From positions 1 through 52,529 of the IMG/VR virus record IMGVR_UViG_3300032342_000011: DNA of 52,529 nt, one strand, 5' to 3'. Numbering within the stretch: position 1 is the first letter of the stretch; every line of letters starts with the position of its first letter. The notes under the pieces were generated by a model, which saw only the letters and a list, made by a program, of their open reading frames with translations, was not told where the DNA came from and ran no database searches. Shown here in pieces: positions 43,971 through 52,529 of this stretch. The stretch comes from a virus. Lineage: Duplodnaviria > Caudoviricetes. The position numbers were made by a program, and so were the translations under genes.

Positions 43971-45713
43971 TTATGGAAGATCTGCACCAGTTGCTAGAAT
44001 CCTAATTGGGACGTAGATAAATTCCACTGCCCTTGTTGGTTTTAGAGCAACATCGATGTAAAGTTCATTTCTATCAATACGATCTGGTGTATTGTTTGAG
44101 TCATCACAAATTGTTGCGAAGTCAAATAAACCACGTCGTGCTAAAATATCACCTAAGAAATTGTCGACTACAGCCTTAACGTTATTTCGTGTAATCTGAT
44201 CGTTTGGCTCGAAGAGGAACGGTACAAGATTCTTACGAAGTTGTCGTTTAATGTATCCTAACAGACGTGACACATTAATACGATCCATTGCACTTGCTGC
44301 ATTCTGCGATGTTTTTTGACCAAACAATAGGATACCACGACCTTGCAGATTTGCAATTGGGTTAAGGTTTGTGAAGTACTTATACATGTTGTCACGTTGA
44401 CCTTGGTTTAGAGCAACGGGGATAAACGTTGTAGCTGTTCCTAGAATACCATCAATGTAACCAACGTCTGAGACACTCGTTACTTGACCACGTTGTGTAC
44501 CAGCGGGTGCAAACCAAACTGCTGCCTGATTGTCACTGAAAGCCCATGTACGAAGTGCAATACCACTTGCTGCAATAAACACATCGTGTCCATCAAGATT
44601 TGATGCGAGACCGTGTGGGTAGTAGTAAGCAAGTTTGTTAGAACGTCGACGATCGGACGATACAGAATCACCCCATGTAACGACTTCATCAGCATCCATA
44701 TCAAATGGTGGATCGCCAATGACCATTGCTTCTTCCAGAACATCAACACTCAGTGTGAGCAGTTCATCAACAACTTCGTGATAACCAGGACATAGAATAA
44801 TGTTGTATTCATATGTGTCTGAACGGATATCTTGGTTGCTATTGATTGTTGCTTGCAAAGATTGTACGATTGCTGCACGTCGTGCAGCGTCGTCATTACC
44901 AAGAGTGGTTTCGTTAAGAAATTCTTGTGTGTACTGATAATCAGCCGCTGAATCAATTAATGTTTGTGCTGCTTCTGATGGTGTCCACTCTGTTCCAATA
45001 AGAGTACCAAGACCAAGTGTAACCCATTCGTTTGCAACGCCAGTCAAACCAAGAAATCCTACAACTGCAGGTGGTTGATTGTAGCCGTTGCTGAAGATGT
45101 TTAGTGGATTTGATGTCCAATCTGCTTCAAAATTCGTTCCTGTATTACGGAAAGCATATGCATGGTAAACACTACCGTTCATTGCTGTATGTGCATCTTG
45201 AAGGAATTCGGTTGCATTAACGGTAAGCTTCTCCATTGGATGCCCTGAATAGAAACCGTTTGCTAGGTTGAAGTTAGTGATTCTAGCTTGTGCCAAACTC
45301 TCGAGGACGTTAGCTGCATCATTAACTTTAGCAGCCCATCTTGTTAGAATTGATGTACGTGTGTCATCGAGGTCAACGAACGCACGAATTACATAGGAAA
45401 GGTTGCCAATTCCAAGATATTGGTTAAGAGCAAATAGACCATACTCGTTACGACTATCACCATGAAGCTCATTACCGTTTGTATCTGTAAGGAACTGTGG
45501 AATACCATATAGTGTGACGCTTTGTGATGCTGATGTAACTGTACGAATCACGTCATGTTCATAAGTACCTGCCGCAGGTGAGACACCATCTGGCTGAATC
45601 TTTTCATCTGCTGTAGCAATAAAAATTAAAGGTACAGTCGGAGCTGACGCCGGAATGAAAAATGATTCATCGGTGACTGTGACTGATATACCGGGTGATA
45701 CTAATGTAGTCAT
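43971..45713 (-). CDS. Tail sheath protein (T4 gp18-like)
   Basis: LVSPGISV, WFAPAG..RG, GQKT, DRINV.RL, FEPND, CD.SNNTP..ID, KP....EFI. TATAAATA at 45739-45746. Confidence 0.97.
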   Translation of the reverse strand: MTTLVSPGISVTVTDESFFIPASAPTVPLIFIATADEKIQPDGVSPAAGTYEHDVIRTVTSASQSVTLYGIPQFLTDTNGNELHGDSRNEYGLFALNQYLGIGNLSYVIRAFVDLDDTRTSILTRWAAKVNDAANVLESLAQARITNFNLANGFYSGHPMEKLTVNATEFLQDAHTAMNGSVYHAYAFRNTGTNFEADWTSNPLNIFSNGYNQPPAVVGFLGLTGVANEWVTLGLGTLIGTEWTPSEAAQTLIDSAADYQYTQEFLNETTLGNDDAARRAAIVQSLQATINSNQDIRSDTYEYNIILCPGYHEVVDELLTLSVDVLEEAMVIGDPPFDMDADEVVTWGDSVSSDRRRSNKLAYYYPHGLASNLDGHDVFIAASGIALRTWAFSDNQAAVWFAPAGTQRGQVTSVSDVGYIDGILGTATTFIPVALNQGQRDNMYKYFTNLNPIANLQGRGILLFGQKTSQNAASAMDRINVSRLLGYIKRQLRKNLVPFLFEPNDQITRNNVKAVVDNFLGDILARRGLFDFATICDDSNNTPDRIDRNELYIDVALKPTRAVEFIYVPIRILATGADLP

Positions 45714-45847
45714 AACTAAATCTCCGTTATTGTGGTAGTATTTATATCAAAGTCGTTAAATTTTCACAAAAACACAGAAGCTCAAACAATTCGATCCGAA
45801 TCTAACCGAGTGGAAAAATATGGTCAATAACAGATACAATCGAAATG

Positions 45848-46621
45848 TTATTCGTTTGATTCACCTAGGACATCATCAACGGTTGCAACAAGTTCGTACT
45901 CATAACCTGCCTCTTCTAGTTGGTCAATAATATCTTGTGGTGTCGTATTAAGGTCTGCTATGTGCCCAATTCGAATGTAAATGTCCTTAATGAAGTCTTG
46001 ACGAACCTTCGTTGGGGCTGTAATCCAAATTGGTATTTGGAACGTCAGTGTTGAAACGATCAATCTGCGATCGGCACCAACAGGATAGTTTTCTTCGAGC
46101 AGGATGTCTGTTAGTTCTAGAATTGTAATCTTAGTCCAATCAAATTCTGAATCGCTAATCTGTATTTGTAGGTTAGGATCAAAGAGAATTAGAATCTGCT
46201 CAAGCATCTGCCAATGTTGATTGGTGTTGCTTGCATAAAGGGCTAATTCGACATCTATGTAATAAGGAATTGGTACCAGTTGGTGAAGTACCTTAATATC
46301 GTCGGGCATTAGTCCACCACGTTGGACATACTTAACTGCTCTCTCGACATTGACCCCCTTACGTCTGTCAGGAGCAAGTCTAACACTCTTCATGTAAGCA
46401 CTCATACGTGGTATTTTTAGAGGAAGGTTTTGTGTGTTTTCATTGAGTATCGCAGCGGCGACTCTATCTTTACTTCCATATGCAACGGGAACATCAATCA
46501 TGTGTTCTTCGCCATCGGATCTTTTTCCAGTCTTGACTTGCAGTCCCTCAAAGATTGCCATGAACTGGACAAGATATCGTGCAAACTGTTGGTCGAAGAA
46601 ATACTTTCTTGTTGGTCTCAT
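45848..46621 (-). CDS. Tail sheath stabilizer/terminator (T4 gp15-like)
   Basis: YFFD.Q, VPVAYG, LKIPRMS, PIPY, QMLEQIL..F.P. Confidence 0.9.
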   Translation of the reverse strand: MRPTRKYFFDQQFARYLVQFMAIFEGLQVKTGKRSDGEEHMIDVPVAYGSKDRVAAAILNENTQNLPLKIPRMSAYMKSVRLAPDRRKGVNVERAVKYVQRGGLMPDDIKVLHQLVPIPYYIDVELALYASNTNQHWQMLEQILILFDPNLQIQISDSEFDWTKITILELTDILLEENYPVGADRRLIVSTLTFQIPIWITAPTKVRQDFIKDIYIRIGHIADLNTTPQDIIDQLEEAGYEYELVATVDDVLGESNE

Positions 46622-46622
46622 G

Positions 46623-48191
46623 TTACTTTCCTAGCTTACTCATTGGTATTGCATTGCCATCGTTAAGGTAGCTTTGTAATGTTGGTTTTGTTGGATTGTA
46701 ACGCAATCGTTTATCCTCTTCCAAGAATATCCACCTATTTTTCTGTAGCTTCCATCTATATAGTCTTGGTGGTATTGGATCGGAAACTTGTGGATATGTA
46801 ATGCGATGGTATGCCCCATCATTTGGATTCGATGAGTTGTTTTCCCAAGGAAATGCTGGACCTTCAGTGTAAGGTAATCCATTTGGTGGTATTGCATCTT
46901 CAACGTATAGTGCTTGTGGATTAACATTAAGTTTGCTAAGATCAATGTCTTCTTCAGCAGCTGTTGCTAGTTCGTCAAGTGTGAACTCGCGAACGTTTGC
47001 GATATCTTCGCCACGTTCTGGAACCTCTGTATCTGCTTCGGCGTTGACTCTCTGGTTAAGAACATCAGCATCAATCATGTACCTTGGATCGTTAAGGTGC
47101 TCATAGTTATTGACGTTGCTTGGTGGATTTAGGTCACCAAAAATATCGATTGTTTCTTGAGATGCAAATGCTGGTGCTGCAATAACACGAAGTATTGTTG
47201 GTTTCCAACCAGGTGTGAATCCTTGAGTGCTCCAAGAAACGTCTGTGACTTCCAAATACTTCTTTACTGGTTTTAATCCTGGCGTATACTGTATCTCACT
47301 TGGCACTTCTAGAATGTCACCAATCACAAGTGGTCTTCCGAGAAGATTGACGGCAGATGAGAATCCAACTTGAAATACCCACGTTTGTGTTTCGGGGATA
47401 TGAATACCAAAACGTGTTAGGTCAAGAGAAACGTCAACAAGATCGTAGTACGCTTTAATCTGAATACTCGTTGATGCATATTCTCTATCTCTGTTCTCCA
47501 AGAACCCCATCTCGTCTTGAACATCGCTTAATTGTACAGACGCATAGTCAATTAGTTGTAATGAAGTAACAGCCCAAAAATCATTTACACCACCACTAAA
47601 TGCAAGTGGAGTAAATCTCCAGTAACGTGCAGGTGCAGATTGTTTAATTCTTAATGTCACCATGTCATCGGTATCGGGGATTGTGATGATGTCAACCCCA
47701 TACCACTTAACGTTGTCTACTGATCTTTCAACTCTCAACTTAGTTGCTTTATTTGGACCATTACAACCTTGTTTGATTTTAATTGTTGTGATGTGTTGCT
47801 TAATTGAAGTATCAATTCCATAACGAACACGGCTGTTGTCGAGACGAATTGGTCCAAAGTCGTATCCAATATAAGAGTTCCCAATAATCTGTGGACCCTT
47901 TTGTGTCGATCTCCATTCTGATATTGTGTTATCAAACGCATTGGATGCTGGAAATGCTGGATACTGTCCACTTGATATTGCTTGTCCCTGACCAGTTAAA
48001 TCAACAAGTTTTGTCTGTTCCCAAATACCAAGAAGTTTGAATACATTAACTGGAGCTGAGGCAATATTAAGTGCCTCATTGATAATGTTGTTGACAAAGC
48101 TACTATCCTGATCGTTGACAAGTGTAAACTCAGAACAAGGTAAGTCAAGGTTATAGGCACATGGAAGATTTGGATTATTTTTAGTTGTCAT
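46623..48191 (-). CDS. Neck protein gp14-like with an inserted discoidin (F5/8 type C) domain
   Basis: E.L......V.V, F.EN.DR.Y, LTRFGI, GDILEVP gp14 motifs. The insert reads AFD...W...YIGYDFG...S.D...W...ARYWR. Confidence 0.8.
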   Translation of the reverse strand: MTTKNNPNLPCAYNLDLPCSEFTLVNDQDSSFVNNIINEALNIASAPVNVFKLLGIWEQTKLVDLTGQGQAISSGQYPAFPASNAFDNTISEWRSTQKGPQIIGNSYIGYDFGPIRLDNSRVRYGIDTSIKQHITTIKIKQGCNGPNKATKLRVERSVDNVKWYGVDIITIPDTDDMVTLRIKQSAPARYWRFTPLAFSGGVNDFWAVTSLQLIDYASVQLSDVQDEMGFLENRDREYASTSIQIKAYYDLVDVSLDLTRFGIHIPETQTWVFQVGFSSAVNLLGRPLVIGDILEVPSEIQYTPGLKPVKKYLEVTDVSWSTQGFTPGWKPTILRVIAAPAFASQETIDIFGDLNPPSNVNNYEHLNDPRYMIDADVLNQRVNAEADTEVPERGEDIANVREFTLDELATAAEEDIDLSKLNVNPQALYVEDAIPPNGLPYTEGPAFPWENNSSNPNDGAYHRITYPQVSDPIPPRLYRWKLQKNRWIFLEEDKRLRYNPTKPTLQSYLNDGNAIPMSKLGK

Positions 48192-48200
48192 TTTTGTGTG

Positions 48201-51197
48201 TTAACCAATTACGAACTGTGTCTCCATGCCGAACTGTTCGACTGTGCTATTAGCAATATAGTCGTCAACTTCCTGTCTGCATGCTGTCATTCGGCGTTCA
48301 GCATCTGCCCGGAGATCAGACGCATTTAGGGCAATTCCCCCACCAGCTCCAGGTAACGTTTGGAAATATCCACGTGTGTTTGCAAGAATCAATTCGGCTT
48401 CTGCAATCGACCACGATTGGATCCAGTTGTTAAGGTATCTATCTCTAATAATGTCTTGTTCGGTTCTCTCAACTGAGCAGTCTATTAGTACTCGTTCTCT
48501 TCTGTTAATACCCTGTAATAGTTGTAGCGTTCGAGCTCTTTCATTCCAAATATAGTTGACACGATTTGCAAATAGAATTTCCATCAATTCGATGTATTCA
48601 CTAATTATGTGATAGCTAACTAAGTCAAATGTTCCCATCTGATATAGATGTTGCAGGGTTAACTGTCCAAAAACACCAGATCCAGCAGCACTTGACATGA
48701 ATGCAGATGTCTTTCTCTTTACTCCAAGAATCTGAACAATTTTGTGATATCCTTTCGTCTTGTCAGACAACACATATGTTTGCTGTCCTGGGTTAAGGTC
48801 AAGGAAGAAGAATTGTCTATCATAAGTGCTGGATGATGTTCTGCGAATCATTTGCAGTGCTTGATCAACGCACCATTCAAGTTGCGGCTTCGTTAATTGC
48901 ACCTGTACACTTGGATGACCAAGAGCAAAAAGAATGTTCTCAATCATCTCTCTACGTTCGTCAGCAGTTCCATCTGTTCCGATACCAATTTGTTTGTACA
49001 TTGGTGTTCGAGAGACTCCATCTGTTCCTGGCACCTCCATCTGTATTTGAGGTGTAACCGTTAGTGGTACATTGTCCAGATCGAACATGTAGTAAGGTGC
49101 TACAATTGGCAGTGGTGTTGGTGGATAAATCTTGAAGAACGCTGTCGATCCTTTCCATCCCGTTGTAAAACACAAATCACCACATTCAGATAACGATACA
49201 GTTACTGGTGGGATAGCTGCAACCCACGTTGTACCATTCCAGATCATTAACTTGTTATTTGTTGTATCATACCACTCAGTACCAACAGTTGGTACTAATG
49301 GTGATGTTGTATACGCTAGTGGTATCCAAACGAGTCCGTTCCATTGATATAGTTGATCATTGTTTGATGTATCAATCCAATACTGTCCTGCTGCTGGAGA
49401 TGTTGGTTGAGTCTGGTATTCCGTTGGAAAGATCTCGACCCAAATACCACCACTTCGAACATACCATTTATCGTTTGTGATGTCATACCAATACACACCG
49501 TTTACAATTATCGTTGGATCTGTTGGATACGAAATGTAGTTACATGCAACCCATTGTGAGCCATCCCAAATGTACAATACGTTTGTGACGTTGTTATACC
49601 ATGCAGCCATATTTTGTTCGTAAAGGATTTGCTCTGCTGGATCATCAGGTTGACTATAAAAGTATGGAACTTGTACCCACGAATTCGTAATAACACTCCA
49701 TTCGTAGAGGAAATTATTTGTTGTATCAAGCCACAAAGCGCCTGGTGGAGGTGTTGTTGGAATATATGTTGATATCAAAACTGGTGTTACAACCCATACA
49801 AGACCATCCCAAATTGACAACACTTTAGTTGTTGTATTAAACCAAGGTTGGTTAATTGCAGGATTAACGGGAGCAGTTGGTGAGAAAACAGCATTCGTTA
49901 TAATTCCCCACAACACGCCATTAAATTGTTTGATTTTTGTGTTAACAGTATCATACCAATATGTGCCGATTGGTGATAGAACAGGATCTGTTGGAGCAGC
50001 AAGGAATGTTACTTCAACCCAATGACCATCTTCAAGATCGTCCCCAATGGGACAAGATCCAGTAATATCAACCCATTTATATAACTTCCCACTATCGGTA
50101 TCATACCAATAAGCACCACATTGAATGACATTGAACGAAGGATCAGAACTCTGTATAAATGTCGTTAGTGGAATCCATACTGTACCATCCCAACGATATA
50201 CAGTAACACCATCAAACCACAATGTACCACATGGCATGTTTGTTGGATCACCAGCAACAGAAATCTTATTAAGAAGAACCCATGTTAGTTCATTCCATTG
50301 GAATAATTGATTTGTATCGGTATCGACCCAGTAGTCTCCAACTGCTGGCATTGTTGGTTGTGTTAGACTAAAGATTGGATCTAGAAGAATGTTTGAATAT
50401 CCGTTCCACTGATACAGTTTCTTATTAACTGTGTCATAAAAGTATCCACCTGTATTTGGTGGTAACATTCCCTGAAATGGATTACCAAAGATTGCAAACT
50501 TGTAGTTAAGTTCATCAACCAATCCTTCCCATATGATTGCATCTTGACCATTAAACGTGATTATTGATGCAGGAACAGCACATGGTACTGGTGGTGGAAG
50601 TCGTCCTAAATCATCTACCCAATTGTAATTTGGTGGAAGTTGATTAAGATAGAATGGAAGTTGGTACGTTACCCCAGTTTGGTATCCTGTTAGATCACTT
50701 GGTTGAACACCAAGAGTAACACACTGATATGCTGCTTGATCTGGTGATCCACTACCACCATATTGTAGTGAGTATGTGTGAACGCCTTCGTAGTGATATC
50801 GAAGAACATTATCTACAGCAAATCCTGCAATGTAGTAGCTTTGATTTGCAACTAAATTGGTGATTGTAAGTGTTGTTGTTTCTTTGTCATCATAAAATCC
50901 ACCAACAACAAGTCCTGTACTAATCTTATCACCAGCATGAATATCTGGATTAGCAGTTGGATCTGGACTATAACGTGTACCATCAATTGGGGTTTGATCG
51001 AGACTAATTGGAATTGTATCAAGAACAATCACGATTCCATCATATGCGAGATCGTCAACTGTACATCCCGCACCAAACTTCGGAAGTGTCCATGTTACTT
51101 CACCAGTTGTTGGACTTGTTCTTGTTAGTCGAATTGATATTTCTCGACCATTCTGAATAATTTGTTCGGGGGTGTCTGCGTAAACGCCGTATGCCAT
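48201..51197 (-). CDS. Neck protein gp13-like with a large N-terminal extension (FN3-like domain plus 11 Trp-rich repeats)
   Basis: C-terminal LGHP.V.V.L...Q....D.AL, PGAGGGI.LN and terminal F.IG gp13 motifs. ATAAATA at 51222. Confidence 0.85.
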   Translation of the reverse strand: MAYGVYADTPEQIIQNGREISIRLTRTSPTTGEVTWTLPKFGAGCTVDDLAYDGIVIVLDTIPISLDQTPIDGTRYSPDPTANPDIHAGDKISTGLVVGGFYDDKETTTLTITNLVANQSYYIAGFAVDNVLRYHYEGVHTYSLQYGGSGSPDQAAYQCVTLGVQPSDLTGYQTGVTYQLPFYLNQLPPNYNWVDDLGRLPPPVPCAVPASIITFNGQDAIIWEGLVDELNYKFAIFGNPFQGMLPPNTGGYFYDTVNKKLYQWNGYSNILLDPIFSLTQPTMPAVGDYWVDTDTNQLFQWNELTWVLLNKISVAGDPTNMPCGTLWFDGVTVYRWDGTVWIPLTTFIQSSDPSFNVIQCGAYWYDTDSGKLYKWVDITGSCPIGDDLEDGHWVEVTFLAAPTDPVLSPIGTYWYDTVNTKIKQFNGVLWGIITNAVFSPTAPVNPAINQPWFNTTTKVLSIWDGLVWVVTPVLISTYIPTTPPPGALWLDTTNNFLYEWSVITNSWVQVPYFYSQPDDPAEQILYEQNMAAWYNNVTNVLYIWDGSQWVACNYISYPTDPTIIVNGVYWYDITNDKWYVRSGGIWVEIFPTEYQTQPTSPAAGQYWIDTSNNDQLYQWNGLVWIPLAYTTSPLVPTVGTEWYDTTNNKLMIWNGTTWVAAIPPVTVSLSECGDLCFTTGWKGSTAFFKIYPPTPLPIVAPYYMFDLDNVPLTVTPQIQMEVPGTDGVSRTPMYKQIGIGTDGTADERREMIENILFALGHPSVQVQLTKPQLEWCVDQALQMIRRTSSSTYDRQFFFLDLNPGQQTYVLSDKTKGYHKIVQILGVKRKTSAFMSSAAGSGVFGQLTLQHLYQMGTFDLVSYHIISEYIELMEILFANRVNYIWNERARTLQLLQGINRRERVLIDCSVERTEQDIIRDRYLNNWIQSWSIAEAELILANTRGYFQTLPGAGGGIALNASDLRADAERRMTACRQEVDDYIANSTVEQFGMETQFVIG
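49225..50450 (-). repeat. About 11 imperfect ~37-45-aa coding repeats P..G..W.DT...LY.W.G..W; approximate bounds
   Basis: Counted by eye in the translation of the gp13-like gene. Confidence 0.85.
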
Positions 51198-51249
51198 TGG
51201 TAACTCCTGTGATCTATCTGTTATTTATGAAACAACAAGGAGTACCGAA

Positions 51250-51582
51250 TTAGATCTCACATGTATTCTTATTCAACCAACGAATAATGTGTTCTGATGT
51301 CCACGATGTATCGAAGTCAACACTCTCGTCAACCGTATCAACATCATGGAATCTTATTGCTAATGGGGTGGGACAATTGTCATTTATGTCTTCGTATTGC
51401 CACTCAACGATAATCGTTTGATTAGGTTTGAGAGAGACAACACGTTTGTCGTTTTCATCTTCGACAGTTAGCTTACAGTATTTTGTCACTGTATAGGTGG
51501 ACTGCTGAATGGGGTTCTCGGCAATAGCATTGACTAGCTGTTGCTTCGTGTCGAGATACTGTTTGAATGTGAGTTTGTTCAT
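51250..51582 (-). CDS. Hypothetical late protein
   Basis: ATG 51582 (MNKLTFKQYL) lies downstream of ATAAATA at 51606-51612. Confidence 0.7.
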   Translation of the reverse strand: MNKLTFKQYLDTKQQLVNAIAENPIQQSTYTVTKYCKLTVEDENDKRVVSLKPNQTIIVEWQYEDINDNCPTPLAIRFHDVDTVDESVDFDTSWTSEHIIRWLNKNTCEI

Positions 51583-51640
51583 CTTTCCAACAATGTTTGT
51601 TGATATATTTATTGTTGGGAAGAGGGTTATTTTAGAGAAT

Positions 51641-52075
51641 TTAGATGCGTTCTGTCTTGTGCATCCAGTAATCATTTGTTACAGCAAACTTGACCGCAAA
51701 CGAACATCTGCGATCGTCAAGTACGACTGATTCTATGTATGTCTGATATAGAACGACCCACTCACTCGTCTTTTGATTGACACATGCAATTGAACATTGA
51801 TTACTACCAGAAAGTTTACCAAAGATCCGTTGGAATTTTTCGATCTCATCTTCACCATTAAGTTCAGATGGTAACCTAAATGACCTACAAAAAGTTATAA
51901 TAACACCTCTTTCAATAACCTCAAACTTTGTCACTTCTCCATGAAGAAACAAGAATTCATCTTGTGTTAACTGTGGTGCAGCTATTATAGCATGTATGTT
52001 GGGACGTCGAAGGGGCCACAAAACACCTTCGCCAGTACCAGCAATTGGAACTCCGAAATCATTAATTGTTGTCAT
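51641..52075 (-). CDS. Diverged tail-tube-like protein (N-terminus near-identical to the tube gene)
   Basis: MTTINDFGVPIAGTGEGVLWP versus MATINDFGVPIPGGGTGILHP. AAGGAG RBS. Confidence 0.65.
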   Translation of the reverse strand: MTTINDFGVPIAGTGEGVLWPLRRPNIHAIIAAPQLTQDEFLFLHGEVTKFEVIERGVIITFCRSFRLPSELNGEDEIEKFQRIFGKLSGSNQCSIACVNQKTSEWVVLYQTYIESVVLDDRRCSFAVKFAVTNDYWMHKTERI

Positions 52076-52127
52076 ATTGTCTCCTTTTTATTTTACTTAT
52101 GGGAGGAGACGGAAAATATAATAACTG

Positions 52128-52156
52128 TTGATCCTTCGAGGGTAATCGTGTAAAAT
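52128..52156 (+). promoter_or_regulatory. Sigma70-like (early) promoter
   Basis: TTGATC-17 nt-TAAAAT upstream of ATG 52178. Confidence 0.6.
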
Positions 52157-52177
52157 ATATGTTTAAGAGAGTGGCTT

Positions 52178-52529
52178 ATGAAAATTATCAACTTATTATC
52201 TGTTATATTAGTAGTAATCTCAACATCAGTTGACGCACGTTCTTCGACTGCAAGAGACCAATTTAAACGTCTCCAACCGTGTCCGGCAACGAATCAAAGC
52301 GTTGGTTCTTGCAGTGGATATATTATCGATCACATCGTTCCACTAGATTGTGGAGGTGCTGATTCACCTTCTAATATGCAATGGCAAACTGTTGAAGATG
52401 CGAAGCGTAAAGATAGAATTGAACGACGTGGTTTGAATTGTAAGACGAGACAAGTTGCACCAGAAGATCGTGAATATTCTCTCGGATCAAAAGGTGGTTG
52501 TTTTTATTATAGTGATAGACTGAAGAAAG
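52178..52529 (+). CDS. Signal-peptide-bearing HNH-like nuclease, 3'-truncated (not in the ORF track)
   Basis: MKIINLLSVILVVISTSVDA-RSS..FKRLQPCP....C.GYIIDHIVPLDCGGADSPSNMQWQ...K.KD. Open to the window end. Confidence 0.8.
   Translation, partial: MKIINLLSVILVVISTSVDARSSTARDQFKRLQPCPATNQSVGSCSGYIIDHIVPLDCGGADSPSNMQWQTVEDAKRKDRIERRGLNCKTRQVAPEDREYSLGSKGGCFYYSDRLKK

Noticed and set aside
49225-50450. Repeat region as a CRISPR array
   Set aside because: The repeats are degenerate, in-frame protein repeats with no identical DNA direct repeats or spacers.
1-52529. Alternative genetic code (stop-codon recoding)
   Set aside because: Core genes are full length in code 11. TAA, TGA and TAG all end genes at sensible positions, with frequent ATGA/TAATG coupling.

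Overview
A 52.5-kb segment of a large, AT-rich, T4-like (probably jumbo) myophage genome, read in the standard genetic code and mostly on the minus strand. Positions 1-11.8 kb hold replication, recombination and accessory genes: clamp loader, a free-standing homing endonuclease, GroES, a split DnaE fragment, an M15 peptidase, UvsW/UvsY/UvsX, a Pol-beta nucleotidyltransferase and a gp32 SSB with a candidate leader pseudoknot. Positions 12-35 kb are a large cluster of fibre/adhesin genes: four tandem paralogues, mosaic fibre proteins built from shared modules, a LamG protein and a beta-helix protein. Positions 35-52 kb hold morphogenesis genes: TerL/TerS, gp4, a tube initiator, tube, sheath, gp15, gp14 with a discoidin insert, gp13 with 11 Trp-rich repeats, and a diverged second tail-tube-like gene. 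T4 gp55-type late promoters ((T)ATAAATA) recur throughout. I saw no tRNA, rRNA or CRISPR array. All product calls come from reading motifs by eye, not from database searches.
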